From Candidatus Saccharimonadota bacterium (GTDB lineage: Bacteria > Patescibacteriota > Saccharimonadia > Saccharimonadales > SLHW01): a DNA stretch of 64,000 bases. The translations under genes were made by a program, and so were the position numbers. Positions 19,529-27,292 of the stretch are shown in pieces. Within the stretch, counting starts at the first letter, position 1; each line of letters begins with the position of its first letter. The notes below the pieces were generated by a model. It searched no databases, was not told the DNA's origin, and saw nothing but the letters and a program-made list of their open reading frames with translations. The stretch is from NCBI GenBank assembly GCA_050486305.1, contig JBJHDA010000001.1:243071-307070 (forward strand), in the 5' to 3' direction.

Positions 19529-19821
19529 AACAGCCATAAAAAGCGAGTGGGGTTAATACGGTGAAGCATCTGAACAGCTCTAACTCTGGTATCGAAGGGC
19601 TAGAGCGTGTGCCAGAAGTGCTGTTTACTCATCATAGCGACGAGGAAAGATTTCACTTCGATAAAAGCTTGCCGCTAGAAATGCGCATCCCCCGCCGTTT
19701 AGGCCGGGCCTGCTTGCTGAGCCTGCGGGGCGAAAGCAGCAACGCGCGGCGGCAGGTTAGCTCGGCTCGACGTGAACTGCGCAGTTATAAAAAATCTGCG
19801 TGTGTAATGGAGGGTCGATTT

Positions 19822-20436
19822 ATGGTAGAAATAATGGCCAGCCACTACGGTGATTATATAAACCACGCACGGAACATTGAGTCGTTAGCTCGCACCCGCG
19901 AAGATCAATATGACCTTGAGATGTCTCGGCTTACTCATGCCCTAAAGGCGATAGACTATGCACCGAATCGAGACAGAAGAGGCCGATGGGCAGGGTTTAT
20001 TAATGAGCTGACAGTTATGTCGGTTATGAACCGGCAAATGCTACCGACGCAAGCCGCCTTCCCTGCCCTCAGCCACCATGAGAACGGCGAGGAGTCAGCT
20101 GATAATCACGATGTTTTATTGGTAATGCCGAACAGGTACCGCGAGGATACGGTTGTACACAAAACGCAGGTAAAATCATCCCGGGAAAACGCCGAGAGAG
20201 CCCGGCTAGAGCAAAGCGATGATGTTTACGTCGTGTGCGCAGAAGACGTATTGGGTTACAAAAAACGAGGGCAGTCTACGGCAGAAATGTTTCCGATTGC
20301 TCATTTGTTGGTTAAGGAGCATCAAGGGCTTGCGGATAACCAAGCTGCTGGCGTGCTAGATGGTGTGGCAGGAGCGATTGTAGATGAAGTATCAGGCCAG
20401 TTCGGCCGTTATGAACAACTTCGGGTGGCTAGTTAG
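19822..20436 (+). CDS. hypothetical protein (204 aa from ATG 19822; in-frame GTG 19561 would give 291 aa)
   Basis: GGAGGG lies 7 nt before ATG 19822. The upstream in-frame stretch is Arg-rich, GC-rich and hairpin-rich, so it may be non-coding. Confidence 0.55.
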   Translation: MVEIMASHYGDYINHARNIESLARTREDQYDLEMSRLTHALKAIDYAPNRDRRGRWAGFINELTVMSVMNRQMLPTQAAFPALSHHENGEESADNHDVLLVMPNRYREDTVVHKTQVKSSRENAERARLEQSDDVYVVCAEDVLGYKKRGQSTAEMFPIAHLLVKEHQGLADNQAAGVLDGVAGAIVDEVSGQFGRYEQLRVAS

Positions 20437-21103
20437 TAACCCCGTTGCCAAACACTGGCATGACCTCGGCGTTTTCCGGCGGAGTAATCGTCACATCCTG
20501 ATAATCGTACGTAATGTTAAAGCTGCCTTCCGGACCAGTTACGGAGACCTGGCTAATCGTGTTATCGCTGGTGCTGATATAGATTCTTGATGTGTCTGCA
20601 CCTTCAGTAACTTCCCAGACGTTACACGTACCTGCCGGGCACTCTTCTTGGCCGGCAAATGTTGCATTTGCCTGTAGTACATCCATGTCGTCCTCGCTGT
20701 ATACGAAGTCATCCGGCTCAAAGAATGAACCCTCTACGTCTTCGCTGGCGAACTGCATGCAGTCATCGTTTTCGCACGAGTAGGCGGCATCTGGCGTAAT
20801 AATAAACTGCAGCGTCGTGCCATTCTGTTCCGTTACGAAACGCGAGCTGCCCTGCCCGTCTTGCTCCATCGTTACGTTGATCGGCCCTTCTGTTGAGTCT
20901 CCGGTTATTGTTGCTATGAATGATGCATCGCTCATAGCTTCTGTAGCGCGAGCTAGTTCTTCGTAATCATTGTCTGTTTGCTCGGCAGCCTGCTGATCAC
21001 CATTTTCATCACCGTTTTGTAGCCGCGTAAAGGCGAGCACTCCGCCCACAATCAGTAGTAGCGCTACTACCAGCCCGACAACCTGCTGTTTTGATAAATT
21101 CAT
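20429..21103 (-). CDS. membrane-anchored exported protein (224 aa)
   Basis: N-terminal TM helix (VVGLVVALLLIVGGVLAF) followed by an acidic beta-rich ectodomain with 4 Cys. Convergently overlaps the previous gene by 8 nt. Confidence 0.7.
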   Translation of the reverse strand: MNLSKQQVVGLVVALLLIVGGVLAFTRLQNGDENGDQQAAEQTDNDYEELARATEAMSDASFIATITGDSTEGPINVTMEQDGQGSSRFVTEQNGTTLQFIITPDAAYSCENDDCMQFASEDVEGSFFEPDDFVYSEDDMDVLQANATFAGQEECPAGTCNVWEVTEGADTSRIYISTSDNTISQVSVTGPEGSFNITYDYQDVTITPPENAEVMPVFGNGVTN

Positions 21104-21284
21104 ACAAAGACCCCTAACGTAACTTTAAATTTTTCTGCTATGTATAACGTAACAGACTATTTGCTATCTGCAACCAAAAAGATAACAGCCGCATAAATCA
21201 TCTGAAAGATTTTGCGACACAAACAACTCTAGGTGTTCTTTCTAGGCGACTAAAGGCTTTTTTGCGGGGCGAAGTACAGCAAAA

Positions 21285-21689
21285 TTACTTGTTATTGTTT
21301 TTCTTGAGGTTGCGCATCTTTTCTTCGAGCTGGTGTATGCGGGCATGATCTAGTCCGTAGTGGTGAGCAATCTCGTGCCAGAGCGTGTTTTTAACTTGCT
21401 CTTTTAGCTCTGCCATATTACGCGTGCTATGCTCTATCGGCTTTTTAAAAATCGTAATCTTATCTGGCAGCACAAGGTTATAGCTAGAGCCGCGTTCGGT
21501 TCGCGGGATGCCTTCGTACAGACCATAGAGTGACTCATGGCAACGCAACTTTAGCTTTACGCGTTGCTCTGGGCTTGGCTCATCCTCAAACGTAATGGCT
21601 ACGTTATCAAGCTTGGAGACATACCCTTCGGGTAACTCGCCCATCGCCTCGTTAATTAGCTCCATGAACTGATCGTCAGTTACTTCCAT
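21285..21689 (-). CDS. small zincin-like metallopeptidase family protein
   Basis: 'TLWHEIAHHYGLDH' HExxH motif in a ~130-aa protein. The N-terminus 'LPEGYVSKLDNVAITFEDEPS' is typical of the minimal metallopeptidase family. Confidence 0.8.
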   Translation of the reverse strand: MEVTDDQFMELINEAMGELPEGYVSKLDNVAITFEDEPSPEQRVKLKLRCHESLYGLYEGIPRTERGSSYNLVLPDKITIFKKPIEHSTRNMAELKEQVKNTLWHEIAHHYGLDHARIHQLEEKMRNLKKNNNK

Positions 21690-21740
21690 GTGCTGATTGT
21701 AGCAGGAAAGATGAAAAAAGAGTTGGCGGTGTGCTAGCTG

Positions 21741-22070
21741 TTACATTTGTTCGATATCGGCTAGAACGCTGAAGATGTCGCGGTCTGTCGACTCGGGAGA
21801 CCAGTCAAACCCAAGCAAGCTTGTCTCGTACCTGGCAACGCTGCCGAACGCACGTAGCACTCTTGCTGCGCGGTCTGAAATATCTGTTTTGTTGCACACG
21901 AATACGTCAACGTCTATCTCATTGTTTATGACTTTCCTCACTGTATCAACGAGCTGCGTCGTGTCCTGTGCCTGAGCCGTTACCTCGTGTCCAGCTAGCT
22001 CTAAAACGGCACATGTCGAGCGCCGGTCGCGCTCATCAAAATCCACAAGGACTATTTTTGCCTCTTCCAT
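21741..22070 (-). CDS. hypothetical protein, possibly a degenerate receiver-like fold
   Basis: 'KIVLVDFDERD...' at the N-terminus and 'DVDVFVCN' mid-protein loosely resemble a CheY-like layout. This is weak evidence. Confidence 0.45.
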   Translation of the reverse strand: MEEAKIVLVDFDERDRRSTCAVLELAGHEVTAQAQDTTQLVDTVRKVINNEIDVDVFVCNKTDISDRAARVLRAFGSVARYETSLLGFDWSPESTDRDIFSVLADIEQM

Positions 22071-22297
22071 GTATATATTATATAATATTACTGGTACTTA
22101 TACAATGTTTATGGGGTGTGATTTGGTAGCAAGTGACTCGTCTTCCCTGTTATAATCTGGTACAATCTAGTGCGTGTTAGAAGCTTTTGAGTGTATACAT
22201 ACACTTAGCAGTGGTATACAAAAAAATCGAAAAAGGATTTTCGATTTTTAGAGGAGGATGTTTCGTAAGGTTGGTAGAGTTGCCGAGCAAATTCATA

Positions 22298-22325
22298 TTG
22301 TCGGCGACTCAGGTAACCTTACAAT
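22298..22325 (+). promoter_or_regulatory. candidate sigma70-type promoter for tRNA-Gln
   Basis: TTGTCG (22298-22303), a 16-nt spacer, then TACAAT (22320-22325), 13 nt upstream of the tRNA 5' end. Confidence 0.35.
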
Positions 22326-22338
22326 TACAATCAGACGA

Positions 22339-22413
22339 TGGGGTGTGGCCAAGTGGTAAGGCACATGGTTTTGGTCCATGCATTCGGGGGTTCGAATCCC
22401 TCCACCCCAGCCA
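22339..22413 (+). tRNA. tRNA-Gln (anticodon UUG), CCA encoded
   Basis: TGGGGTG acceptor arm pairs with CACCCCA. D-loop is GCCAAGTGGTAAGGC. Anticodon stem CATGG/CCATG carries loop TTTTGGT. T-arm is GGGGGTTCGAATCCCTC and the 3' end is GCCA. Close to the E. coli tRNA-Gln layout. Confidence 0.93.
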
Positions 22414-22421
22414 AACAAAGA

Positions 22422-22450
22422 GTCGGGCTTCGTGCCCGGCTTTTTGTTTG
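22422..22450 (+). terminator. rho-independent terminator after tRNA-Gln
   Basis: GTCGGGC-TTCG-TGCCCGGC hairpin followed by TTTTTGTTTGTTTG. Confidence 0.6.
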
Positions 22451-22573
22451 TTTGTGGTTGGGGTCCGCACCCTCGAATGTGCTCGCTGAAAGCGAGCATG
22501 CATTCGTTGGGCTCGGGCATCAAGCTCGTGCACAAGAGTTTACTCGGAGCACGAGCGCAGCATGCACTATGTC

Positions 22574-22591
22574 ATCCCTCCACCCCAGCCA
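22574..22591 (+). repeat. 18-nt direct copy of the tRNA-Gln 3' end (ATCCCTCCACCCCAGCCA)
   Basis: Identical to 22396-22413. The sequence upstream of the copy cannot form a T-arm, so it is not a second tRNA. Confidence 0.85.
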
Positions 22592-22747
22592 GAGCAATTG
22601 GCCTCTTCCCTGCTTAAAAGTGAAACTCATCACCTCGGAAGGTTCTACCATTTGGTCTACGTTGAGCTAGCTTGCTCACTTTTCTCATAGCGCTATATAT
22701 TTGAATTATCTGATAAGATATTCCATAAGAAGACGAAAGGCTATAAC

Positions 22748-23272
22748 ATGAGCACAGAAAATCTATTAGATAGCGACAAAGATGCTGTATTTGGGGTAAG
22801 ATCACCTAGCGCTGTGATACGAGAGACCGTTGTAGCAGCTATATTCGAACCAGATTCTAAAAAATATTTGTGTCAGTATTGGAAAGATTACGATGGGCTT
22901 ACTTGCCTGCTTTCTGGCGGCATTGAACCGCAAGAGAGTAGGCTAAGCGCTCTTAAGAGGGAGATAGCAGAAGAAACAGGTTATACGGACTTCGAAATAG
23001 TAGGAGTGCTTGGTGGTAGCATAAAAAGTTACTATAAAAAGCGGACAACCGGTGAAAATTTTGTGAAGCATATAACAGCTTACTTGGTAGTTCTTAACTC
23101 ATTGATACAAAAACCATTAAATCGTGAAAAAGACGAGAAGTTTGAGAATTTCCTGAAGTCGCCCGAGGAGATTATTGAGATGATGGAGCAATACGAGCAA
23201 AAGACAGGGTCCCCACTTGGTGACCACAAAGAGATATTATGTCGTGCGCAAAAATACCTGAACGTAAACTGA
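22748..23272 (+). CDS. Nudix hydrolase
   Basis: Complete Nudix box 'GGIEPQESRLSALKREIAEETGY' (G-x5-E-x7-REUxEExGU). Confidence 0.88.
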   Translation: MSTENLLDSDKDAVFGVRSPSAVIRETVVAAIFEPDSKKYLCQYWKDYDGLTCLLSGGIEPQESRLSALKREIAEETGYTDFEIVGVLGGSIKSYYKKRTTGENFVKHITAYLVVLNSLIQKPLNREKDEKFENFLKSPEEIIEMMEQYEQKTGSPLGDHKEILCRAQKYLNVN

Positions 23273-23279
23273 GTAAAAG

Positions 23280-23308
23280 TTGACAGTACAAACGTTCTGT
23301 TTTATAGT
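23280..23308 (+). promoter_or_regulatory. near-consensus sigma70-type promoter for the 988-aa gene
   Basis: TTGACA (23280-23285), a 17-nt spacer, then TATAGT (23303-23308). SD AAGGTG lies 5 nt before GTG 23335. Confidence 0.5.
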
Positions 23309-23334
23309 ACTTGCAATTTAACTAAGGTGTATGC

Positions 23335-26301
23335 GTGAAGAATAGTCCGGAACTAGAGAGTTCATCAGTTATGCCACCAGCGAATATTATTATTCTTGGT
23401 TTGCCTGGCTCAGGAAAAACTACGCTTGGTGAATTGATGGCTGATGGAAACCCTGGGATGGAGTATGTATCTGTCGGGGAGATATCACGCGGATTACCTG
23501 AAGGCGATGAAAGGCGAGGGTACGTCGACAGCCTTTATGCTGAATTTAACAGCCCTGTTGGAAATCCAGATTTTTTTATTGAATTAGTAAGACCATCAAT
23601 CCAAGATGCCAGGGATAGAAGCAAAGGGATAATACTTGATGGCTTACCCAAAAAGCCAGAAGAGGTTGAACCCTTAAATAGGCTTCTTGAAGAAGAAGGC
23701 ATTAAGGTTGACGGTATTGTGATTTGTGAAGTTTCGCCTTTCACTGCTCTTCAGCGCGTTATTGATAGAGGGCCTCGAGAAGGTGGTTTAGATACGATTG
23801 ACACTGCGATAAATCGAGGAGCTGCATACTGGAAAGCGATCGAGGGCTTTAAGAATAAGCTCGGTGGGTTTCTCGGTGTTAAGATTGTTAACGTTGATAC
23901 GGAAAATCTAGATCCACAAACTGCGGCACAGACAGCAACAGATGTTTTAAACACAATACGACTCAGAGAAGCAAGCGCAAATGTTATCGACATAAAAACA
24001 AGTGAAGTAACTCTGGATGAAAGCGAGCTGCTCCGGATTCAAGAAAAGTTTGAGGCTAACGATCAGAAAGAAGCAATGTCGGCATTGTCTGATTTATTTG
24101 TGCCAGAAAAGTTCCGGCCACTTGTAGAAGCAGTTCTAGAGGCTGATCCAGAGACCAGCCCCGACGATATTATTCTCGAAATAGTCTCAGAAAACCCAGA
24201 GTTTGAAAACATGCCGCATTCTGCTCGTCGCTATGCAGGTATGTTGGCGAGAAATGTATACAGCCCTTTAAAAAACCTCGCCAGTGTTATTCCTGATGAG
24301 GCAAGACTGCGTGCAGAAGGACGGCTAGAGCCTGAGGCGCTTGGCGAAGTTCTTAGAGAGGCACTGGTGGCGAAAGAAATCATTCACTGTTATCAATATA
24401 AGGCGAACAGCGTTAAAATATCTGACGAATTTGTTGGCGAGGAATACGAAAACAGAAAAGAAGACCTGGAATACACCGAGTCATTTCTTAGAGATGAGGG
24501 GGCGTTGCCGGATGGCATGACGCTCAGATCTTTAATGATGATTCAGCCTAAGTACTGGAATATATTTACATCGAGTGTACTACTTGGCTCAATTGATGGT
24601 AATTACCAAAAGCGGACCAATAGTCTCCCAGGCTCACATCATTCATTGTCAGTACCCATTGATATGCCACGGCGCATGATAGCAAATTCAATCGGAGAAT
24701 ATCAGCCTTTCATAGAGGCGGTCTCTACAACCGAAAGAAGCGGTTTTGATACAAGCCTCGGCTTTTTACATGTGGTAGGGATGGATGAATCAGGTAGAGC
24801 ATTCCAGGTTGAGTGGCCTCTGCTTATGCAAGACTCAAGGTTAGCCACACATCCAAACTCATTACTTAGGGATATGTTGGCTCGTGGGCATGAAATATAT
24901 TTTAATCACGATTTTTGGCACAATCTTGTGCCAGTTTATGCCGAAAGCTTTAATCTTTACCATCCACATGCTCCCATTGCTTACGGCGGACTGATGCCTG
25001 AGTACTTAGAGTTCGGCAAGAAGCTTAGATCGGAAAAAGAGGAATACGAGATATTCGTCGCGATGGCGCATGCACAGGCACAGCAATACAGAATGATGCA
25101 GGATCCTGAGTATCGAAGGTCACAGATAGAGGCTGCTCTGACAATAATAAACGACATTCCCCACCTTAAGCAGCAGCTCACACAAAGTGACGGGACTGAG
25201 TTTGCCGAAAGTGTCTCGGAATATTTTATGACAGTAACAGTAGGCAGATTACTTAATATTATTCCGCCGGACTCGGAAGATCTTGCGCCTATTGTCGATA
25301 AGCTGGAGCTTGACCCAAGCCTATCACAAAATATTTCAAACTCTGATGTCCTAAAGCTGCTCTTTACCCAAAGGATGGCACTTGCAACAAAAGAAAGTCG
25401 ATTAAGTTTCATGCAGGATATTCTTTCGGAGCCAGAGATTTCCGAATCTATAAAGGAAGAAATTATTGAGAGCTTGCTGCCAACCATCAACAATATTGAA
25501 CGAAAGCCAGCATTGACTAATGAGCTGACCGAGGAGATATGTAAGTATGAGCAAATCGTTTCTATTGCGCTACAGTATATTGAGCCTGATAGTGCCCATG
25601 CAGAGTCTGGCTCAGAAGCGTTATATGATGCACTAGTGTCAATAGGACTACAGCCGCTAATCGACCGGAAAGAGAGCCAAGTTGAGTTAAGAGGGGTGTC
25701 GTTGTTGAGGTGGCTGGCAATTAATGCACCACAGCGTGATCCCCTAAAAGGTCATATGGAAAAAGTACACGGGAAGCCAGGGGTTGTGTTTGGAGACGAA
25801 GTCGTATCCCCAGCCGAAGTAGTGAGGCAGCACACTGAAACCATTACTCAAAATCAAGATGTGTATGAATATCGGAAGTGGGCGAGAGAATTTGGGCAAA
25901 CGCTTGCACTTAATATCTATGACACCCTTTTTCATGATGGTCAAAAAAGCAACAGAGATCATAGAACTACGCTTTACATTCTTTCAAGATACAGCGGAGT
26001 TGAGGATGGTCAAAGTAAGATCATAAGAAATGGCATGAAAAAACTCGATTTGATGCTTGATGCGCTTGTGAATGCTGATTATTCGATCCAGGCAACAGAC
26101 CTTCAGGACATCACTGCGTTAGCCGATGTATGCGAAGCATATAGTCCTGAAGTTGGAGAGGAGATTCGGGATATAGTGAAGCGCTATTCATTCCTGCACC
26201 AACAAGAGGTATCCTATCAGTCATTTGCTGCAACGAACTACACTGACTCAAAATCAACCATAGAAGAATCTACAATGAACCTGTTTAGCGGTGAAGGCTA
26301 G
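23335..26301 (+). CDS. 988-aa fusion protein: N-terminal adenylate/nucleoside-monophosphate-kinase-like P-loop domain plus ~770-aa uncharacterised C-terminal region
   Basis: 'IIILGLPGSGKTTLGELMA' P-loop, 'VSVGEISRG', and 'ILDGLPKKPEEVEPL' (AK 'ILDGFPR' equivalent). Nothing recognisable after about aa 215. Confidence 0.8.
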   Translation: MKNSPELESSSVMPPANIIILGLPGSGKTTLGELMADGNPGMEYVSVGEISRGLPEGDERRGYVDSLYAEFNSPVGNPDFFIELVRPSIQDARDRSKGIILDGLPKKPEEVEPLNRLLEEEGIKVDGIVICEVSPFTALQRVIDRGPREGGLDTIDTAINRGAAYWKAIEGFKNKLGGFLGVKIVNVDTENLDPQTAAQTATDVLNTIRLREASANVIDIKTSEVTLDESELLRIQEKFEANDQKEAMSALSDLFVPEKFRPLVEAVLEADPETSPDDIILEIVSENPEFENMPHSARRYAGMLARNVYSPLKNLASVIPDEARLRAEGRLEPEALGEVLREALVAKEIIHCYQYKANSVKISDEFVGEEYENRKEDLEYTESFLRDEGALPDGMTLRSLMMIQPKYWNIFTSSVLLGSIDGNYQKRTNSLPGSHHSLSVPIDMPRRMIANSIGEYQPFIEAVSTTERSGFDTSLGFLHVVGMDESGRAFQVEWPLLMQDSRLATHPNSLLRDMLARGHEIYFNHDFWHNLVPVYAESFNLYHPHAPIAYGGLMPEYLEFGKKLRSEKEEYEIFVAMAHAQAQQYRMMQDPEYRRSQIEAALTIINDIPHLKQQLTQSDGTEFAESVSEYFMTVTVGRLLNIIPPDSEDLAPIVDKLELDPSLSQNISNSDVLKLLFTQRMALATKESRLSFMQDILSEPEISESIKEEIIESLLPTINNIERKPALTNELTEEICKYEQIVSIALQYIEPDSAHAESGSEALYDALVSIGLQPLIDRKESQVELRGVSLLRWLAINAPQRDPLKGHMEKVHGKPGVVFGDEVVSPAEVVRQHTETITQNQDVYEYRKWAREFGQTLALNIYDTLFHDGQKSNRDHRTTLYILSRYSGVEDGQSKIIRNGMKKLDLMLDALVNADYSIQATDLQDITALADVCEAYSPEVGEEIRDIVKRYSFLHQQEVSYQSFAATNYTDSKSTIEESTMNLFSGEG

Positions 26302-26374
26302 CTAGGCGACATACTTGGCTCTCTCGCGGCTATATTACCTATACATATATACTCATGAACATCTGCTTAGCCAA

Positions 26375-26410
26375 GTCGAGAGTCGGGCTTTCACGCTCGA
26401 CTCTTTGTTT
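26375..26410 (+). terminator. hairpin / weak terminator after the 988-aa gene
   Basis: GTCGAG...CTCGAC or AGAGTCG...CGACTCT pairing, followed by TTGTTTGT. Shares AGAGTCGGGCTT with the post-tRNA terminator. Confidence 0.4.
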
Positions 26411-26527
26411 GTAATACATTTTACATAGCAGTAGTAAAAAGCCTTACAGTAAAAATATCATTTGAGGTATATCATTCACTCACTTAGAGGTGAGGTCTAT
26501 AGATTTTTTAATTGAAGGGGGGTTCGT

Positions 26528-27283
26528 ATGCTAAAAAAACTGATACCGGTAGTGGCGATCGTACTCGTGTTAGGAGCGGTTTTTACAGTGATGCCATCGA
26601 GGGCTGAAGGAAGCACAAGCACTGTTGATTATACCGGGCAAGGATTTGATAACGGAAATTTAGAAACGGTAAAATGTGATCCGTTTGACACTGGTCAAGC
26701 ATCAAGCGAAGGGCTGACGGAAGAAACCGGCTACCTGCACTGGATTTTAGCTGGCTCTCAGGCTGATTCTGCTACGCTCACCGGACCTTGGGGTACGATT
26801 GACATGGTGAAGGCCGGTGGAGAGCAAGGTCAAGGCGCATTTCATGGAGCGACAGAATACCACGCTCTTGAAGCATTAATCGGTAACGTGTACGCAACGC
26901 ATGATGGAGATGGTGCAAACCCACAGTTGACTGTAAGTAACGGGTGCCCTGGCGAACCAGTTGAACCTCCCGAACCACCAGAGCCACCTGAACCGCCGGA
27001 ACCTCCCGAACCACCAGAGCCACCCGAACCTCCTGAGCCACCACTACCAGTAGGAGGCCCGATTAGAGAGCCGGAGCAGCCACGTCCCCAAGGGGAGCCA
27101 GTTGTAGTTGCTGAGCGGGAGCAAGAGGGAGAGGTTCTCGGAGCACAAGTAATTGCTCCAGAAGGTCCGGTTGACGCAGGAATGGGAGTTGCCGGAATAG
27201 CAATAAGCTCTTTATTTGGCCTAGGTAATTCCGTAGCGGCAATTGGTTATGGTACTTCCAGGCTTCGTAAGAAAGAATTTTAA
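26528..27283 (+). CDS. secreted protein with (PEP)n repeat stalk and C-terminal hydrophobic/basic anchor
   Basis: Signal peptide MLKKLIPVVAIVLVLGAVFTVMPSRAEG, then 'EPVEPPEPPEPPEPPEPPEPPEPPEPPEPPLP'. The C-terminus is a hydrophobic segment followed by RLRKKEF. Confidence 0.75.
   Translation: MLKKLIPVVAIVLVLGAVFTVMPSRAEGSTSTVDYTGQGFDNGNLETVKCDPFDTGQASSEGLTEETGYLHWILAGSQADSATLTGPWGTIDMVKAGGEQGQGAFHGATEYHALEALIGNVYATHDGDGANPQLTVSNGCPGEPVEPPEPPEPPEPPEPPEPPEPPEPPEPPLPVGGPIREPEQPRPQGEPVVVAEREQEGEVLGAQVIAPEGPVDAGMGVAGIAISSLFGLGNSVAAIGYGTSRLRKKEF
26963..27043 (+). repeat. coding tandem repeat (9-nt PEP codon unit, with a 26-nt exact copy at 36-nt period)
   Basis: GAACCTCCCGAACCACCAGAGCCACC occurs at 26963-26988 and again at 26999-27024. 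Confidence 0.8.
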
Positions 27284-27292
27284 AGGACATGA

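Noticed and set aside
19700-19790. SRP (4.5S) RNA-like motif: GNRA hairpin followed by AGCAGCAA
   Set aside because: The GCGAAAGCAGCAA segment superficially resembles SRP domain IV (GGAAGCAGCCAA). However, the flanking strands do not pair in the required symmetric/asymmetric-loop geometry, since CUG would have to pair with ACG. I do not call it an SRP RNA.
22480-22591. Possible second (pseudo-)tRNA ending in the duplicated CCACCCCAGCCA
   Set aside because: The sequence upstream of the 18-nt copy cannot form a T-arm, anticodon arm or D-arm. It is treated as an att-like repeat, not an RNA gene.
22187-22805. Cluster of overlapping 60-110-aa ORFs on both strands
   Set aside because: They run straight through tRNA-Gln, its terminator and the hairpin-rich spacer. 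None has a credible ribosome-binding site; the GGAGG at 22253 abuts its ATG with zero spacing.
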